The notes under the pieces: generated by a model
Told to the model about the DNA's origin: nothing
Database searches by the model: none
The model's input: only the letters and a program-made list of their open reading frames with translations
Part shown: one piece after another, positions 1 to 9,100 of the stretch
Layout of the letters: each line of letters opens with the position of its first letter
How positions within the stretch are numbered: the first letter of the stretch is position 1
Made by a program: the position numbers and the translations under genes
NCBI GenBank assembly: GCA_963786105.1
Contig: CAWAXX010000004.1
Location: 1 to 32,431 of the forward strand
DNA length: 32,431 nt
Direction: 5' to 3'
Source: Vulcanimicrobiota bacterium
GTDB lineage: Bacteria; Vulcanimicrobiota; Vulcanimicrobiia; Vulcanimicrobiales; Vulcanimicrobiaceae

Positions 1-41
1 ACTCCCGCACGCTCGGCCCGGTTGCGGTTTCGCGCAAGCCT

Positions 42-947
42 TTAGTTCGTGGGGAAGGCCCGCTCGGCGTGATAGGAGCTGCGGGAAAGCGGGCTGGACA
101 CGACCTGATGAAATCCCTTGGTCCGGGCGAGCGCGCCGAGCCGGTCGAACCGTTGCGGCGTCACGAACTCCACCACCGGCAAATGCTTCTTGCTCGGCTG
201 CAAATACTGACCCATCGTGAAGATGTCCACGCCGGCGGCACGCGCGTCGTCCATCGCCGCCTCGATTTCCGCTTCGGTCTCGCCTAAGCCGAGCATCAGC
301 GACGTCTTCGTGTAGCGCTGGCGTGCCCGTTTCTTGGCGTGCGACAACACTCGCAGCGACTGATCGTACTTCGCGCGCTTGTCGCGAACCGACGGCGTGA
401 GCCTGGCGACCGTTTCCAGATTGTGGGCGAAAACGTCGGGGCCGGCGTCCATCACGATGTCGAGCGCCGCGAGATCGCCGCGATAGTCGCCACTCAGAAT
501 CTCCACCCTCGCACCCGGAACCCGAGTGTGAATCTCGCGCACGGTATTGGCGAAGATCAGCGCACCGCCGTCGGGAAGGTCGTCGCGATCGACGGCGGTG
601 AGGACCAAATACCTCCAGCCGAGATCGCGCACCGCTTCGGCCACCCGCACCGGCTCGAGCCAATCGACCTCGCCGCGGGGGTTGCCGGTTTTCACGTTGC
701 AAAAACGGCATCCGCGCGTGCACGTGTCGCCGAGAATCATGATGGTTGCGGTCCCGGCGCCCCAACATTCGGCCAGGTTTGGGCAGGCGGCTTCCTTGCA
801 AACGGTATGGAGCTCCAGCGCGGCGACCTTCGCCTTGACGCGTTCGTAGTCGTCTCCCGCCGGCAGCGAAACGCGCAGCCAACTCGGCTTGCGCACGTGC
901 AGCGGCGGCGCGATCCGGGCGTTCGTTAAATCGATTTCGATAGCCAT
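42..947 (-). CDS. lipA: Lipoyl synthase (radical SAM)
   Basis: CX4CX5C (CKEAACPNLAEC), CX3CX2C (CTRGCRFC), C-terminal RSSY and N-terminal RKPSWLRV. Start placed at ATG 947 (MAIEIDL); the longer ORF is only an extension inside lipB. Confidence 0.97.
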   Translation of the reverse strand: MAIEIDLTNARIAPPLHVRKPSWLRVSLPAGDDYERVKAKVAALELHTVCKEAACPNLAECWGAGTATIMILGDTCTRGCRFCNVKTGNPRGEVDWLEPVRVAEAVRDLGWRYLVLTAVDRDDLPDGGALIFANTVREIHTRVPGARVEILSGDYRGDLAALDIVMDAGPDVFAHNLETVARLTPSVRDKRAKYDQSLRVLSHAKKRARQRYTKTSLMLGLGETEAEIEAAMDDARAAGVDIFTMGQYLQPSKKHLPVVEFVTPQRFDRLGALARTKGFHQVVSSPLSRSSYHAERAFPTN

Positions 948-1591
948 GTCAACTCGAACGTGTGTGCCAGCGCGGCCAGCAGAACGTCCTTCGCCTCTTC
1001 CATGCCGACGTCTCGCCCGGTTTCCTGCGAGAGCGAGGTGATCCCGCGGCCGGGTAGTCCGCAAGGAGCGATGAGCCGGTCGTAGTCGAGCCGGGTCGAG
1101 ACGTTGAGCGCTATTCCGTGCAACGAGACCATCTTCTGGACGGCCAGTCCGACGGCACAGATCTGATTCGAACCGACCCAGACGCCCGCGTGCTCGCTCC
1201 ATCGTTGCGCCGCCACGCCGAACCAGGCGCACGCATCGATGACGGCCCGCTCCAACGCGCGAACCAGGGGCACGACTTCACGAAACCGTTCCAATCGGCG
1301 GATCGGATAGACGACCAACTGCCCCGGACCGTGATAGGTAACGTCGCCGCCGCGCTCGATCGCAATCGCGTCGATACCTCGGGCGGCCAACTCCTCATCC
1401 GAGAGCAAGACGTTGGTGCGCTTCGCTTGCCGCCCCAACGTAATTACCGGCGGATGCTCCACCACGATCCAGGTATCGGGCTCGCGCCGTTCGCGCACCG
1501 CCGTATGAATCCGGTGCTGCAGTTCCCACACCTCGCGATAGGGCCGAGTGCCCAAATCGAGCAGCTTGGCGCTGTGCACTGCCGTTGCCAT
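926..1591 (-). CDS. lipB: Octanoyltransferase LipB
   Basis: EHPPVITLG, ERGGDVTYHGPGQLVVYPI, HGIALNV and APCGL motifs; adjacent to lipA. Confidence 0.96.
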   Translation of the reverse strand: MATAVHSAKLLDLGTRPYREVWELQHRIHTAVRERREPDTWIVVEHPPVITLGRQAKRTNVLLSDEELAARGIDAIAIERGGDVTYHGPGQLVVYPIRRLERFREVVPLVRALERAVIDACAWFGVAAQRWSEHAGVWVGSNQICAVGLAVQKMVSLHGIALNVSTRLDYDRLIAPCGLPGRGITSLSQETGRDVGMEEAKDVLLAALAHTFELTWLSKSI

Positions 1592-1626
1592 CGCTTGGTT
1601 TAACCCGAGCGTCCCGCCAAGCGATG
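1589..1626 (-). promoter_or_regulatory. Perfect 10-bp inverted repeat between the lpdA stop and the lipB start, including the lipB ATG
   Basis: CATCGCTTGG (1589-1598) and CCAAGCGATG (1617-1626). Confidence 0.55.
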
Positions 1627-3075
1627 CTATTTTGCGGCCCCCGCCGGCGTTTTCGGCTTCGGGTTCACGATATGAATGGCTTTGCCGTGGGCGGCTTCGG
1701 CTGCATCCATGATCGACTCGGTGAGCGTGGGATGCGGATGCACCGACAACCCGATGTCTTCGAGGGTCGCTCCCATCTCCAACGCGATCACGCCCTCGCC
1801 GATGAGCGACTCGGCTTGCGGGGCCACGATGTGCATCCCTAGCAGCACGTCGCTCTTGGCGTCGCCCACAAGCTTGATGAGACCGTCGCTCTCGTTCATC
1901 GTGCGCGCGCGCCCGCTCGCGGCAAGAGGGAACTTGCCGATGCGAACCTCGTAGCCTTTCGCCTTGGCTTCCTCTTCCGAGAGACCGACGGTGGCGACTT
2001 CCGGATCGGTATACACGCAGTTCGGAACGGCAACCGGATCGAAGGCGGCGGATTTGTCGCCGGCAATGACTTCGGCCGCGATCACGCCCTGCTTCATCGC
2101 GCGATGCGCCAGGAGCGGCTGGCCGGTAACGTCGCCGATCGCAAAGACGTTCGAAACCTTCGTGCGCAGTTGCTGATCGACCGGAACGAAGCCCTTGTCG
2201 TCGAGCGCGAGACCCGCAGCCTGCAGGTTGAGACCGTCGGTGACCGGCCGGCGGCCGACGGCCACCAGCACCATGTCGAAATCGCGCGTCTCGTCTTTAC
2301 CGCTGGTTCCCTCACCGTTGAACGTCGCGTGTAGCGTTTTCCCGTCTTTTTCGATCTTGCCGACCTTCGTGTCGAGCATGATCTCGACGCCTTGCTTCTT
2401 CAGAATTCGGCCGAGTGTTTTGGCGACGTCGAGATCGGTACCCGTAAGAATTTGAGGCAGCATCTCGACGACGAGCACCTTGGCTCCCATCCGCGCGTAC
2501 ACGGTGGCGAACTCTAGGCCGATCACGCCGCCACCGATGACGAGCAAATTTTTCGGAATTCGTTTAACCACGACCGCGTCGTCGGAGTTGATGATGGTTT
2601 CGCCGTCGCGAGGCCACGTTTTGACGTCGATCGGCGCGGAGCCGGTGGCGACCACCACGTGAGCCGCTTTTATCGTGTCGGTACCGCCGTCTTTTTTCTT
2701 GACGGCGATTTCGGTGGGACTCTTGAACGATGCTTCGCCGTAGAGAAACTCGACGCCGTTGGCTTTGAAGAGCGTTTTAACGCCGCCGACGTTCGCATTC
2801 ACGACGTCGGTTTTGAACTTCGCAACGCCCTCCCGGTCGACGTCGGGTTTGCCCACCGTCAAACCGATGGTGGCGGCATGCTCGATGTGGCGAATGACTT
2901 CGCCGACGTGCAGCAGCGCTTTGGTCGGAATGCACCCCCAGTTGAGGCATACCCCGCCGACCTCGTCGCGGTCGACGCAGATGACCTTCTTGCCGAGTTG
3001 GCCGAGCCGAATTGCGGCGTGATAACCGCCGGGGCCGGCGCCGATGACGACCGCGTCAACTTGATGTTCAGCCAA
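1627..3075 (-). CDS. lpdA: Dihydrolipoyl dehydrogenase (E3)
   Basis: GAGPGG FAD motif, GGVCLNWGCIPTK redox disulfide, GGGVIGLE NAD motif, HPHPTLTE. TTG start at 3075 preceded by AGGAG. Confidence 0.96.
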   Translation of the reverse strand: MAEHQVDAVVIGAGPGGYHAAIRLGQLGKKVICVDRDEVGGVCLNWGCIPTKALLHVGEVIRHIEHAATIGLTVGKPDVDREGVAKFKTDVVNANVGGVKTLFKANGVEFLYGEASFKSPTEIAVKKKDGGTDTIKAAHVVVATGSAPIDVKTWPRDGETIINSDDAVVVKRIPKNLLVIGGGVIGLEFATVYARMGAKVLVVEMLPQILTGTDLDVAKTLGRILKKQGVEIMLDTKVGKIEKDGKTLHATFNGEGTSGKDETRDFDMVLVAVGRRPVTDGLNLQAAGLALDDKGFVPVDQQLRTKVSNVFAIGDVTGQPLLAHRAMKQGVIAAEVIAGDKSAAFDPVAVPNCVYTDPEVATVGLSEEEAKAKGYEVRIGKFPLAASGRARTMNESDGLIKLVGDAKSDVLLGMHIVAPQAESLIGEGVIALEMGATLEDIGLSVHPHPTLTESIMDAAEAAHGKAIHIVNPKPKTPAGAAK

Positions 3076-3151
3076 CCTACTGCTCCTGTTCTTGCGGGTG
3101 GGAACAGGTGGTTTCGACCAGCGTAGGGCCCGGGGCCTCGAAGGTCTAAAA

Positions 3152-4630
3152 ATGGACCCCTCAATGACGGCCGTTGGATGGCATAACCTCTTGCCGGATC
3201 TCGATCGATCCTCCATCGTGCCGCTCTACCGGCAGATCTACGAAGGCCTGCGCGAGGCCATTCTGACGGGGACCCTGCCGGAGTCGACGCGCCTTCCGCC
3301 CGAGCGTAGTCTTGCCGAAAAGCTCGGGGTGAATCGCAGCACGGTCGTGCACGCCTATCGCGAGCTGGTCGCGGACGGCTTGATCGAACAACGCGTCGGA
3401 TCCGGATCGCGCGTGGTGCCACAGTTACGCGGCGGGCAACCCGAACGGGCTGCGGGCGTGCCGTGGTGGGTGACCCTTCCGCCGTGGCGGGTCGGCGAGT
3501 TTCCCAACGTGCTGGGCGAGTTGGCCGCCAAGCAGCAGAGCGGCCGGATTTCGTTCGTGCAAGGCGTCGCCCCCGACGAACCGTCGCCGCTCGACGAACT
3601 TGCAAAGTCGTTCGGGCGCGTCGCGCGCGATCCGCGGTTCATCCTTTCCTACGGCGACTCGGAGGGCTACGAGCCCTTGCGTACGGCGATTGCCGCGCGA
3701 ATGAACGCTCGCGGCGCCGGCGCCGTCGCGCCCAACAACGTCATCGTGCTCACCGGGTCGACGCAAGGCATCGCGATCGTCGCTCAGAGTCTCGCGGAAC
3801 CGGGCGACGAGATCATCGTCGAATCGCCATCGTATCCCGGCGCGCTGCAGGTCTTTCAAATCAACGGATTGCGCGCGATTGCCGTGCCGGTCGACGACGA
3901 AGGGATGCGCGTCGATCACGTTGAGGCCATTTTGCGCACGCGGCGTCCGCGGTTCATCTACACGATGCCGTCGTTGCACAATCCGACCAACGCCACCATG
4001 AACGCGGATAGACGCGAGCGTCTGACGACGATCGCGCGACGCGCGGGGGTCCCGATCGTTGAAGACGATCCGTACGGGCCGCTGGCGGCCAACGCGGCTC
4101 CACCGCTGGTCGCGCTGGCGCCGGATCACGTCGTCTATCTCTCGACGTTTTCGAAGACGATCGCCCCAAGCTTGCGTGTTGGTTGGCTGGCTGCGCCGCG
4201 AACGATTCTCGAGCGGCTACTCCTGCGCAAACAAGCCTACGATATGGCGACCAGCCTGTACGTCCAGGCCGCGGTCACCGATTACTTGGAGAGCGGTTAC
4301 GACGCGCACGTCGAGCAACTGCGCGAAGAGCTGCTGTTTCGCCGGCAGCTGGCCGACGAGGCGATCGCGCAGTACTGGCCGGCGGCGCTAAGGGCGAGCG
4401 GTCCGGCGGGCGGCTACTACGTTTGGGCGACCACTCCGCGGGAGCTGCGCGCGCGCGCCTTGCTCGACGCCGCCGAGCGGCTCGGCTCGTCGTTTCTTTT
4501 CGGCGAAGCGTTCTTTGCAAACTCCGGTGGCGACCATCACTTTCGACTCGCCCTCACGGCCGTGAAGCGGCGAGACATTGCCGAGGGCATTCGCCGCATC
4601 GGCGAAGCCATCGCGAGCTTGCGAGCGTGA
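3152..4630 (+). CDS. MocR/GabR-family regulator (GntR wHTH plus PLP aminotransferase-like domain)
   Basis: PLYRQIY...RLPPERSLAEKLGVNRSTVVHAYREL HTH, EDDPY, TFSKTIAPSLRVGW (PLP lysine). Start is ATG 3152 or 3164. Confidence 0.93.
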   Translation: MDPSMTAVGWHNLLPDLDRSSIVPLYRQIYEGLREAILTGTLPESTRLPPERSLAEKLGVNRSTVVHAYRELVADGLIEQRVGSGSRVVPQLRGGQPERAAGVPWWVTLPPWRVGEFPNVLGELAAKQQSGRISFVQGVAPDEPSPLDELAKSFGRVARDPRFILSYGDSEGYEPLRTAIAARMNARGAGAVAPNNVIVLTGSTQGIAIVAQSLAEPGDEIIVESPSYPGALQVFQINGLRAIAVPVDDEGMRVDHVEAILRTRRPRFIYTMPSLHNPTNATMNADRRERLTTIARRAGVPIVEDDPYGPLAANAAPPLVALAPDHVVYLSTFSKTIAPSLRVGWLAAPRTILERLLLRKQAYDMATSLYVQAAVTDYLESGYDAHVEQLREELLFRRQLADEAIAQYWPAALRASGPAGGYYVWATTPRELRARALLDAAERLGSSFLFGEAFFANSGGDHHFRLALTAVKRRDIAEGIRRIGEAIASLRA

Positions 4631-5229
4631 GCGCGCAGTCCGATCCGCGCCGGGAGTTGTTCGTTTTGGGCTTGTTGCGCCGTAAGCCGCTGTCGGCGTA
4701 TTCGCTGGACCGCGTGTTGCGCGATCACGTTCCGCTCTATCGCGGCTTTAGCCGCGGCAACGTCTATGCGTTCGTCGAGAAGTTGGCAGAGAAAGGATTG
4801 CTCTTGCGCCGGCGCGCCGCTACCAAACGCGGACCGCGCGAAAGCCAGTGGATCTACCGGGTTTCGAGTGCCGGGCAAACGCGCTTTTTAGAACTGCTCC
4901 GCGACGTCATCGCCGATCCGCAGTCGAGCGATCCGGCGTTAGAGACCGCGCTCGTGCTGCTGGGACAGCTTCGCCGCGACGACGCCATCCGTCTCATGGG
5001 CGAGCGCTCGGCGCAGATCGAGGCCTACGAACGGCGGATGATCCGCCTGTTCGGCGACGCGCGCGGTCGCGGCGCCAGCGCCTACTTTGCCGCTTCGCAC
5101 GCCGTGCACCGGATGCGCAGCGAGCGCCGGTTTCTCAAAGACGCGCAGGCGTTGCTTCGCGACCCGAAGTGGCATCCCGACTGGGTGCTCGACGACGGTG
5201 GCGTTACCGACGCCGCGCGCAAACTGTGA
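4627..5229 (+). CDS. PadR-family transcriptional regulator
   Basis: LFVLGLLRRKPLSAYSL...GNVYAFVEKLAEKGLL...IYRVSSAGQTRF PadR wHTH pattern. GTG start overlaps the MocR stop (GTGA). Confidence 0.85.
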   Translation: MSAQSDPRRELFVLGLLRRKPLSAYSLDRVLRDHVPLYRGFSRGNVYAFVEKLAEKGLLLRRRAATKRGPRESQWIYRVSSAGQTRFLELLRDVIADPQSSDPALETALVLLGQLRRDDAIRLMGERSAQIEAYERRMIRLFGDARGRGASAYFAASHAVHRMRSERRFLKDAQALLRDPKWHPDWVLDDGGVTDAARKL

Positions 5230-5604
5230 TGCCATCGGCGAGTTGAGGCCGACGTGGCCGATCGTAAAGGCCGAAAGCGCCGCGAACGCGATAAGATGCC
5301 ATGCACGCAACGGAATCCGGTACGCGCCCGGCGATTGCAAGTTGGCACCGACGAGCGCTTGAAATCCGAGGGTGAGCAGCGCGAGGGTTGCCAGCCAAAT
5401 TCCCGTCGAGTTGGCACCAGCCATGCTGCCCATCGACGTCCACCCATGAACGACCGCAAACGCCAGCGCCGCGTAACCCAGCACGAAGTGCGGACGCATC
5501 CGTCGCACGAAGCTTCCGCGAACGAATCGGCGTAGGACCCAAGCGGCGATTCCCGCCAGCGGCACCAGGGCGAGCGCGATCCAGCCGCTCATCGGACCGG
5601 TCAT
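4939..5604 (-). CDS. Membrane protein with two H-x13-H pairs (putative di-haem cytochrome b / ferric-reductase-like TM domain)
   Basis: About 4 hydrophobic segments in residues 1-125, with H39/H53 and H103/H117. ATGA overlap with the upstream gene. The last ~96 codons run antisense to PadR, so the 3' end is uncertain. Confidence 0.65.
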   Translation of the reverse strand: MTGPMSGWIALALVPLAGIAAWVLRRFVRGSFVRRMRPHFVLGYAALAFAVVHGWTSMGSMAGANSTGIWLATLALLTLGFQALVGANLQSPGAYRIPLRAWHLIAFAALSAFTIGHVGLNSPMASQFARGVGNATVVEHPVGMPLRVAKQRLRVFEKPALAAHPVHGVRSGKVGAGAATARVAEQADHPPFVGLDLRRALAHETDGVVAAKLSQQHERGL

Positions 5605-5987
5605 TGCACGGTGACGTACGACGTGACGACGGTTACGCGTTTCACGTCGGCATGTCCGCGCGTCGTGGCGACGGCGTAGACGAACAGCACGGCGCCCGGC
5701 TTGACGTCGGCGTCAGATCCCATCGTCACCGGGGTGCCGGCGGGGAAATACAGTTCCACCGGCGTGCCGGTCGAAACGTAATGCGAATCGTCGCGACGCG
5801 CGAGCAAGCCGGCGTGCAGCGTATCGCGCTCGCGCCCGGTGACGCGCACGGCGAGAACGAGCGATTGTCCCGGCACCGACTGCGCGAACTGCGCGGCGGT
5901 GACCGGCGTCGGAGGCTTCATTTGGGCGTCCGCCGCAGCGGCCGGCATCAGGCCGGCGGCGAGCGCGATGGCAAGTGCGTGTTTCAT
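5601..5987 (-). CDS. Secreted hypothetical protein, beta-rich (possible OB-fold/DUF5666-like)
   Basis: Signal peptide MKHALAIALAAGLMPAAAADA; alternating beta pattern and a ...MGSDADVKPGAVLFVYA motif. Confidence 0.7.
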   Translation of the reverse strand: MKHALAIALAAGLMPAAAADAQMKPPTPVTAAQFAQSVPGQSLVLAVRVTGRERDTLHAGLLARRDDSHYVSTGTPVELYFPAGTPVTMGSDADVKPGAVLFVYAVATTRGHADVKRVTVVTSYVTVQ

Positions 5988-6039
5988 AGGTCGAGCGTAC
6001 GGCGACCGCCCGAGCGCGCGCTAGGTCTGCGCGCTCGAT

Positions 6040-6060
6040 ATTACTCCTCTGCGAAGTAAT
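6040..6060. promoter_or_regulatory. AT-rich palindrome ATTACT-N9-AGTAAT, candidate operator in a divergent promoter region
   Basis: ATTACT cctctgcga AGTAAT stands out in GC-rich DNA between divergent starts at 5987 and 6113. A 9-bp GC inverted repeat is adjacent at 6011-6037. Confidence 0.45.
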
Positions 6061-6112
6061 TTCGGCTCGCGGCCGGAAGCGCGCCGAGCGTCCGAGGTCA
6101 AACGGTTGAGGC

Positions 6113-9100
6113 GTGTGGCTCACGGCGTTTTCGCTCCGTAACCCGATCGTCGTCACGCTTTTCTACGTTTTCGTCGCGATCGTGGGACTGGTCGCCTTTC
6201 AAAGTATGGGGCGCAGCATTCTCCCTCCGATCGCGTTTCCGGTGGTCGCGATTGCGGCACCGTATCCCGGCGCCGGGCCTGAGGAGATCGATCGGCTCGT
6301 GGTCGAGCCGATCGAAGAGAAGCTGGACGCCATTCCCGATCTCGACCGCGTCTCGGCGCTCGCACAACGCGGCGTCGCGCGGATCGTCGTCCGCTTTCGC
6401 TTTGGCGGAAACTTGGAAACGGATCGCAGCAACGTGCAGCAAGCGGTCGACGCCGCTCGCGCCAACCTGCCGGCCGACCTGCTCGCGCCAGCGGTTTTCG
6501 AACTGGATCCGTCGCAAGCGCCGATTATCGACGTCGCCGTCGAATCGCCGGTGCTTTCGCCGCGCGAACTCGCCGACGCACTCGACAATCGCATTCTGCC
6601 CGCTCTGCGGGCGAGTTCCGGCGTCGGCTCGGTATCGGTTGAGGGCGCGCCGTCGCGGCAGTTCACCATCGTCCCACGGCTCGGTGCGCTCGACGCGACC
6701 GGCGTCAGCGCGCTAGACGTGTTTCGCACGCTCCTCGCGGCGAACGACGTCCTCCCGGGCGGCCGGTTGCGGTCATCACGCGTCGAGTCGTCCATCGGGA
6801 TCAGGTCGGCAGCCGAAGACGCCGGCGGCCTTCGCTCGTTGCCGGTCGGCACCAACGGCTCGGCTGGAGTACGCGTCGGCGATGTCGCCGGCGTGGTTGA
6901 CGGCTTTGCGGATCCGTCGACCCTCGCGCGAGTCGACGGCGAGCGGGCCGTGATGATATACGTCTCGCGGGCTGAGAATGCCGACGCGCTGAGCGCCATC
7001 GCGAGCGCTCAAAAGACGCTGTCGCGCCTGGCGGCGGCCGATCCGCTGATTCGGTTCCGCACGCTGCGCACGGATGCACCGAAGACCAACGCGGCGATCG
7101 CGGGAGTTCTGCAAACCTTGGGCGAGGGCACGTTGCTCACCGTACTCGTCATGCTGGTCTTTCTGCACGCGTGGCGGAGCGCGGCGATCGCCGCGGTTTC
7201 AATCCCCGCATCCGTTCTGGCGACGCTCGCGGCGATGTGGGCGGCCGGATTTACTATCGACGTGCTGTCGCTCATGGGATTATCGCTCACGGTCGGCATC
7301 TTGGTCGACGATTCGATCGTGATCGTCGAGGCGATCGCGCGCAACGCCGCTCGCGGACTGCGCGGCGACGATGCGGCACTCGCCGGCCGCCGCGAGTTGG
7401 GCGGAGCGGCGATCGCGATCACGCTGGTAGACGTCGCGGTTTTTGCGCCGATTGCGTTCACGAGCGGAATCGTCGGCGCGTTCATGCGCGAATTCGGCCT
7501 GGTCGTGGTTTTTGCCACCGCGTTTTCCTTGCTGGTGTCGTTTACGCTAACGCCGCTGCTCGCCGCTCGCTGGGCGCTGGCGAAGAACGGCGTCGTCGAT
7601 CCCAAGATGCTACCGTGGATGATGCGCACGCGCGTCGCGCTCGGAATGGCGTCGCAATGGAACGCGTGCCTGGATGCGGTCGCGGCGTTCGAAACGCGAA
7701 TCGCGCGAGCGTACGCGTCACGCTGGCTCCCGGAGGTGTTGCGACGATCGACGCTCGTGTTTGGGGTCGTTGCCGTCGCGACGGCGCTCTCGCTGGTGCC
7801 GGTCGCGACCGGGGCGATCGGCGCGGAGTTCTCGCCGCCGGTCGAACGCGGCGAGGCGACCGTCGACGTGCGGTTTCCGGCGGGGACGCCGCTCGACCAT
7901 AGCGATGCCGCTCTGCGGCGTTTCTCAGAGCGGTTGCTCGACGATCCGGCGATCGCGCACGTGGTCGCCATTGCGGGCCGCGGCTTCAACGGTTCGTCGG
8001 ATACGTCGGCTGCTAATCTCGCGCAACTCACCGCGGTGATGGCCGATCCGGCGGCTTCCGCCGATACCGTCGTCGACCGCGTCAAATCGCTTCAAGCCTT
8101 AGCTCCCGACGCGCACATCGCCGGTTCGGGGCGGGGCATGGGTGGGACGGCGCCGATCGACTACGCGATCGCCGGGGACCGCCGGTCGGTCGATACGGCG
8201 GCGCGCCGCATCGCCGACGCCCTCGAAGCCGATCCACTCGCAACCGACGTGCGCTTGAGCGATGCCGGTCTGGCGCCCCGACTGGAAATCGACATCGATC
8301 CGGCCAAAGCCGCCTTGCTCGGGGTCGCGCCCGACGACGCCGCGCAAACGGCGCGCATCGCTACCGGCGGCGCCATCGCCTCGCGTCTGCGCCTGCCGGC
8401 TGGGCTCATCGACGTGCTGGTACGATCCGACGGCGCGGAACGCGGCGATCTCGACGGCGTTTTGCGTTCGAGCGTGCGCGACGCCCGCGGACGATTGGTC
8501 CCGTTAGCGGATCTCGCCGGGGTGCGGCGTGGGTTCGAGCCTGCCGTCGTCGAGCGAGAAGACGGCGAACGGGTAGTGTCGGTGACGGCCAACGCGCTGC
8601 CCGGCGTTCCGATCGGCCGCGTCACCGTGCCGCTGGCGCGAGCGATGCGGCAACCCGGGTTTCTGCCGGCCGATGCGCGCGTGCAGCCGCGCGGCGACGT
8701 CGAGCAACTGTTGGACACGATGCGGAAGATAGGCGAGGCACTGGCGCTCGCCGTCGTCGTCGCGTACGGAATTCTGGCGGTGCTGTATCGGAGCTATCGC
8801 TTGCCGCTGGTCGTGATGACCACGGTGCCGCTGGCCTCGATCGGGGCGTTCGGTGCGCTGTACGCCTTCGGGCAGCCGCTCAATCTCTACTCGATGCTCG
8901 GCATCGTGATGCTCGTGGGACTGGTTTCCAAGAACGGAATCCTGCTGGTCGATTACGCGCAGCGAGCGATGCGCGAGGGACAGCCCGCGCAGGCAGCGAT
9001 ACGGGCGGCCGCGCAACGCCGCTTTCGCCCGATCGTCATGACGACGGCGGCGATGATTGCGGGCATGGTGCCGCTCGCACTCGGACACAATATCGGCGCC

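Noticed and set aside
948..1232. N-terminal extensions of ORF-track calls (lipA, also lpdA, PadR, nth, phosphoesterase, scoA, Yip1)
   Set aside because: They overlap neighbouring real genes and lack family similarity; downstream starts with RBS or homology fit better.
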